Origin: an uncultured bacterium
GTDB taxonomy: Bacteria > Poribacteria > WGA-4E > GCA-2687025
Assembly: GCA_964473525.1 (NCBI GenBank)
Contig: CAYYPK010000010.1
Coordinates: 97,657 to 161,656, forward strand
DNA: 64,000 nucleotides
Direction: 5' to 3'
The position numbers and the translations under genes were made by a program. Under the pieces are notes generated by a model. That model did no database searches, was not told the origin of the DNA, and saw nothing but the letters and a program-made list of their open reading frames with translations. Positions 60,107-64,000 of this stretch are shown piece by piece. How positions within the stretch are numbered: position 1 is the stretch's first letter; the number at the start of each line of letters is the position of its first letter.

Positions 60107-63100
60107 ATGACATCCCGAACACTCCGTGTATTCGCTGCTATCCTTGTCGCCCTTCTTTCGGGCGCCACGGCCTACGCCCAGTCGTTCGTCAACGGCCCCT
60201 TCGCCATTGACAGCACGGGTGAGACCGGTACTCCCAGCATCAACCCGTCCGTACAGCAGGCCTCGGTTGTCTTCGAGACCGATGGCGCTGGCCACTACCG
60301 CGTCATCGTCGATACTCACGGGGTCGGCGCCGTAGGAGCCCCGGACGGCGTATTCGACGCCGACGATGACTGGGTGTGGGAGGGTGTCGCTGGCGTCCAG
60401 CCGACCCCGGCGTTCGCTGGCGGCGACACGGCTGTCACTGTCCGCGCGGACTGGGACGGTCTCACGACATGGGAGGGTAGCGTCGTTGCAGACGACGGCG
60501 TCTACACCGCCCAGGTGGCGCTGGCGTCGCTGCCCGAGGAAATCACGGGAGGAACCGCCACGACTGCGACCGTGCAGATCGAGATCGACACCGTGGCCCC
60601 AGCGGTTTCCCTGGACATCCCAGCGGTATCGCCAGATGGCGACGGCGTGGGCGACAGTGTCGTCGTCACGTACGGCGCATCCGAAGCAGGCGGCTTTGGC
60701 GAATTCGTCACGGCCTCGGGCCCGGTGCTGAACGCTCCCTCTATTGCGTTGCCCGGCACTGTGCCGACGGCGGGTACGACCACGTGGGCAGGCTCGGATA
60801 TCACGGGCGCCGCTCTGCCGGACGGATCGTACGACATCACGCTCATCGTCACGGACGCTGCCGGCAACGAGGGTTCAGTCACTACGTCGGTGATCGTCGA
60901 CACGGAGGATCCTCTGCTGGTGGATCTCCAGCCGGCCGCTGGTAGCCGCCTGAACAGTACTGTGACCGAGATAGTGGCTTCGCTGGACGCGCTCGACGGG
61001 TCGCCCATCGACCTCGACAGCGCGCAGATCACTCTCACCGGGTCGGCGGGCGTGGTCGCTGGCACGATCGAGCAGGATGTCGCCGGCTCCTCAGTAAGCA
61101 TGCTTCTGGACACGCCGCTGACGACATCCACCGAGAACGGGACGTACACCGTCGACGTCAGCATCGCCGACGAAGCTGGCAACGCCGTCACGCGCAGCGC
61201 GACGTTCACCTTTGACACAGTGGCGCCGGTAGTCTCACAGGTCACGAGCGCGGACGGCGCGGACCTGGGCTCCGGCGTGCCGTTGCCGGCGTCGGACACG
61301 CTTGTGATTACGCTCGAGGAAGCTGGGACGGGCATCGACTCCTCGTCAGCGGCCGTTACGCTCAGCGGCCCGTCGGGAGCCGTGGTGCCGCTTGGGGTCA
61401 ACGTCGAGCCCCTCAGCATCTCCGCCAGCTACGCCAACCTGTCCGAGGAGGGGGTTTACACCCTCGTCGTGGACGGCGTGCGCGACCTCGCTGGGAACGT
61501 CGGCTCCTCGCGAACGGCGACGTTCTTACACGATGCGACGGCTCCAGCCATCGTAGACCTGGCGCCGTTGGACATCGCGAGCGCCGGTGTGGGACGCGTC
61601 AGCGAGCCCATCGCCGCCGTGATCATGACCGGCTCCGACGAGCTGTCGGACCTCGATTTCGCGGCGTCGAGCATCGTCCTCACCGGTCCCGACGGCGTGG
61701 TGTCTGGTTCGGCGATAGATGACGACGCGAGTCGCCTGACGCTCGAGCTGGACATGCCGCTCAGCGGACTGGGCGACGCAGACGGCGACTACACCGCTGA
61801 GGCGACCATCGCCGACGAGGCCGGTAACCTCCGGCAGCGGACGTACGCCTTCGTTTACGACACACAGCCGCCAACCGCGACGGGTTCTATCCCAGCAGCC
61901 GGCGCGACCGTGTCCGGCGAGATCAGCTCCGTGCTGATTGACGTCGCGGACGCGACGTCGGGCGTGGACCTCGCGAATGTGAGTGTCAGCGTGAGTGGCC
62001 CCGCAGGGCCCCTCCCGTCGTCGGCTCTCGCGGAAGACGCGGACACGGTGCGAGTGTCGTTCCCCACCTTGCGGGACGACGGCTCCGCCGACGGCAGCTA
62101 CCAGATACAACTGACGCTCGTCGACATGAACGGCAACACCGCGGTGGACGTGCGCGAATTCACGTATGCTGGGCGAGCGCCGCTCGTGGCGTCGCTGACG
62201 CCAGCCGATGGGTCTGCCACGAACCGGCTCAGCCAGGTGTCGGCCACGCTCGCCGACCAGGCTGGGTCCGGGTTGGACCTCGCTAGCAGCGCCATTGCGG
62301 TCACGGACCCCACGGGGTCGGACGTTGCTGGCTCCACCTCGCACGATGGCAACGCGACCATCACGTATCTCGCTGACGCGCCGGTTGCGACCGACGGGTC
62401 GGCTGACGGCGTGTACTCCGTCACCGTGACGTCCGTGGACCAGCGCGGCGCCACCGCGGACACGACGGCGACCGTGCTGCTGGACACGCTCGCCCCCACG
62501 GTCGAGAGCCAGTCGCCAGAGAACGGCTCCACGTTCTCGGACGCCACCCCGACGATCACCGTGAGCATGGACGACGCTGGCGCGGGCATCGACCTCGGAG
62601 CCACGCAGGCGACGCTCACGGGGCCGGACGGCGCCGAAGTCGCGCTGACCGTGCGCAACGACGGAGCCGGGTCGATCCTGCTGTCGACGCCCCGGTTGAC
62701 CCTGACCGGCACGTACCATCTGACGGTTACGCCGGTCGATCGCGCAGGAAACGTTGGGTTGGCGTGGAACACGCTTCTCACCCACGAGATCGCGCACGCG
62801 TCCGTCGTGTCTATCGAGCCGGCGAATCGCGGCTTCACGACATCGCTCGACGCCGTCGTCGTCACACTGGCGGACGCCTCCGCCGCGTCCACTATTGAGT
62901 TGCTTTCGCCCGACGGCGCCAGGCTGATCGGCTCGTCGACCTTCGCGGACGGCGCCCTCACGTTCACGCCGGAGACGCCGCCAGTAGCCGATGGCCGCGA
63001 CGACGGCGAATACACGGTAGTCGTGGTTCCGGCGAACGCGTCGGGCGCCGCAGGTGAGTCTCGCACCTTCCGGTTCACATACGACACTCAGCCACCCGAG

Positions 63101-64000
63101 ATCACGTCTGTCGACCCCATTGAGTTGCTGAACGCGGAGGTGTTCGTGTCGCGCAGCCTCGCCCGAATCGTGGCGAGCATCTCGGACGCGAGTTCCGGCG
63201 TGGATCTCACGGCGTCCGCCGTGCGGCTTCTGGACGAATCCGGCGCCGAAGTGCTCGGCGTGCTGGAGAACGACAACAACGCGACGGTGTGGCTGCAGAT
63301 GGCGTCGCCGCTCATCCCGGGCGGCGCGAGCGATGGCCGGTACACGGCGGAAGTGACCGCTGTCGACCGCGCGGGACACGCCAAGGTTCTGAGCCAGACG
63401 CTCGTGTACGATACGTCCGCCCCGACCGTGACGTCGTCGTCGCCGGCTGCGGACGAGACCGTTACCGAAGCCATCACCACGATGACCGTGGAGATTGGTG
63501 ACGGTGGCGGCAGCGGCCTTGATGTCGCGGGCTCGCAGATCACGCTCCTGAACCCCGACGGCGCGCCAGTCGCGACGAACCGAAGCGCCGATGGCGATGT
63601 CGTGACGCTCACGTTCAGCCGACTGACGCAGGTTGGCGGCTACACGATGCAGGTGCAGGGCTTGGACCGCGCGGGGAACCTCGCGGAGAACCCGACGTCG
63701 GTACCCTTCTTCGTCGCGCTCCGCGGCCCGGCGGTGACGTCGCTGACCATCGGCGGCTCGTCTAGCGTCAGCCATACGAACGACCTCGGCGAGATTCGCG
63801 CCGAATTCGTCGACCGTAGCGGCGTGGGCCTCGACTTCACCGACGACGGCTCTAGCGTCACTGTCACCGGCCCGAGCGGCCCGGTGGGCGGCGAGATGGT
63901 CGTGGACGGATCGACGCTCGTGTGGACGCCGACCGTGGCGCTCTCGTCGAGCGGCGCCGACGACGGCGAATACACCGTCGCGGTTACCCCAGTTGACCTC
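60107..64000 (+). CDS. Giant secreted protein of tandem Ig-like (SbsA/Big-type) repeats; 3' end beyond window
   Basis: ATG 60107 with signal peptide MTSRTLRVFAAILVALLSGATAYAQ. The frame (phase 2) is open with no stop to base 64000 (at least 1298 codons; manually checked in several segments). It contains at least 13 recurring units of about 100 aa, each with a pattern like TFxxDTxAPxV, then a D/S-G-x-DL block, then ITLTGPxG, then DG(E/V)YT, then DxAGN. It is not in the supplied ORF track because it lacks an in-window stop. Confidence 0.75.
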   Translation, partial: MTSRTLRVFAAILVALLSGATAYAQSFVNGPFAIDSTGETGTPSINPSVQQASVVFETDGAGHYRVIVDTHGVGAVGAPDGVFDADDDWVWEGVAGVQPTPAFAGGDTAVTVRADWDGLTTWEGSVVADDGVYTAQVALASLPEEITGGTATTATVQIEIDTVAPAVSLDIPAVSPDGDGVGDSVVVTYGASEAGGFGEFVTASGPVLNAPSIALPGTVPTAGTTTWAGSDITGAALPDGSYDITLIVTDAAGNEGSVTTSVIVDTEDPLLVDLQPAAGSRLNSTVTEIVASLDALDGSPIDLDSAQITLTGSAGVVAGTIEQDVAGSSVSMLLDTPLTTSTENGTYTVDVSIADEAGNAVTRSATFTFDTVAPVVSQVTSADGADLGSGVPLPASDTLVITLEEAGTGIDSSSAAVTLSGPSGAVVPLGVNVEPLSISASYANLSEEGVYTLVVDGVRDLAGNVGSSRTATFLHDATAPAIVDLAPLDIASAGVGRVSEPIAAVIMTGSDELSDLDFAASSIVLTGPDGVVSGSAIDDDASRLTLELDMPLSGLGDADGDYTAEATIADEAGNLRQRTYAFVYDTQPPTATGSIPAAGATVSGEISSVLIDVADATSGVDLANVSVSVSGPAGPLPSSALAEDADTVRVSFPTLRDDGSADGSYQIQLTLVDMNGNTAVDVREFTYAGRAPLVASLTPADGSATNRLSQVSATLADQAGSGLDLASSAIAVTDPTGSDVAGSTSHDGNATITYLADAPVATDGSADGVYSVTVTSVDQRGATADTTATVLLDTLAPTVESQSPENGSTFSDATPTITVSMDDAGAGIDLGATQATLTGPDGAEVALTVRNDGAGSILLSTPRLTLTGTYHLTVTPVDRAGNVGLAWNTLLTHEIAHASVVSIEPANRGFTTSLDAVVVTLADASAASTIELLSPDGARLIGSSTFADGALTFTPETPPVADGRDDGEYTVVVVPANASGAAGESRTFRFTYDTQPPEITSVDPIELLNAEVFVSRSLARIVASISDASSGVDLTASAVRLLDESGAEVLGVLENDNNATVWLQMASPLIPGGASDGRYTAEVTAVDRAGHAKVLSQTLVYDTSAPTVTSSSPAADETVTEAITTMTVEIGDGGGSGLDVAGSQITLLNPDGAPVATNRSADGDVVTLTFSRLTQVGGYTMQVQGLDRAGNLAENPTSVPFFVALRGPAVTSLTIGGSSSVSHTNDLGEIRAEFVDRSGVGLDFTDDGSSVTVTGPSGPVGGEMVVDGSTLVWTPTVALSSSGADDGEYTVAVTPVDL

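Noticed and set aside
61526-63775. 749-aa minus-strand ORF (also 60502-61419, 62098-63087, 63088-63612, 63640-63975 minus)
   Set aside because: Antisense to the continuous + strand giant repeat-protein frame. Arg/Ala/Gly-rich low-complexity translations typical of GC-rich shadow ORFs.

Overview
This is a high-GC (about 70%) bacterial chromosomal window, densely coding, with roughly 60 genes. The core is a co-directional energy-metabolism block of about 19.5 kb on the + strand. It holds a complex I (nuo) operon in the order nuoA, fused nuoC/D, E, F, G, H, J, K, L, M, an inserted NhaD/ArsB-like transporter, then N. The operon conspicuously lacks nuoB and nuoI. It is followed after only 10 bp by an atpZ-like/atpI/atpB/E/F/H/A F-type ATP synthase half-operon that lacks gamma, beta and epsilon and ends in a strong hairpin terminator. 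The window also carries a hom-thrC cluster in which thrB is replaced by a cofactor-independent phosphoglycerate-mutase-family gene, followed by pdxS-pdxT and a yceD-rpmF-fabH-fabD-fabG-acpP-fabF-rnc-folK cluster that lacks plsX. A minus-strand operon encodes an aminotransferase, lpxB, lpxK and a discoidin-domain secreted protein. Other identifiable genes are recQ, tRNA-Pro(CGG), mtnA, ppa and an Upf1-like helicase cut by the window start. The accessory content is notable. There is a membrane-anchored C-type lectin with canonical EPN/WND Ca-sugar motifs. A cohesin-PKD-dockerin-cohesin protein with a T9SS-type C-terminal sorting domain has its frame broken inside a 15-nt poly-C tract. There is a Tat-exported bifunctional-nuclease-domain protein, and a pair of tandem paralogous small membrane proteins beside the tRNA. 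A giant signal-peptide protein of more than 1290 aa, built of tandem Ig-like repeats, runs off the window end. T9SS-type C-terminal domains, LPS genes and an NhaD-like gene inside the nuo operon suggest an FCB-group, Rhodothermus-like diderm. No CRISPR arrays, transposases or rRNA genes were seen. Many long antisense ORFs are GC-driven shadows and were rejected.
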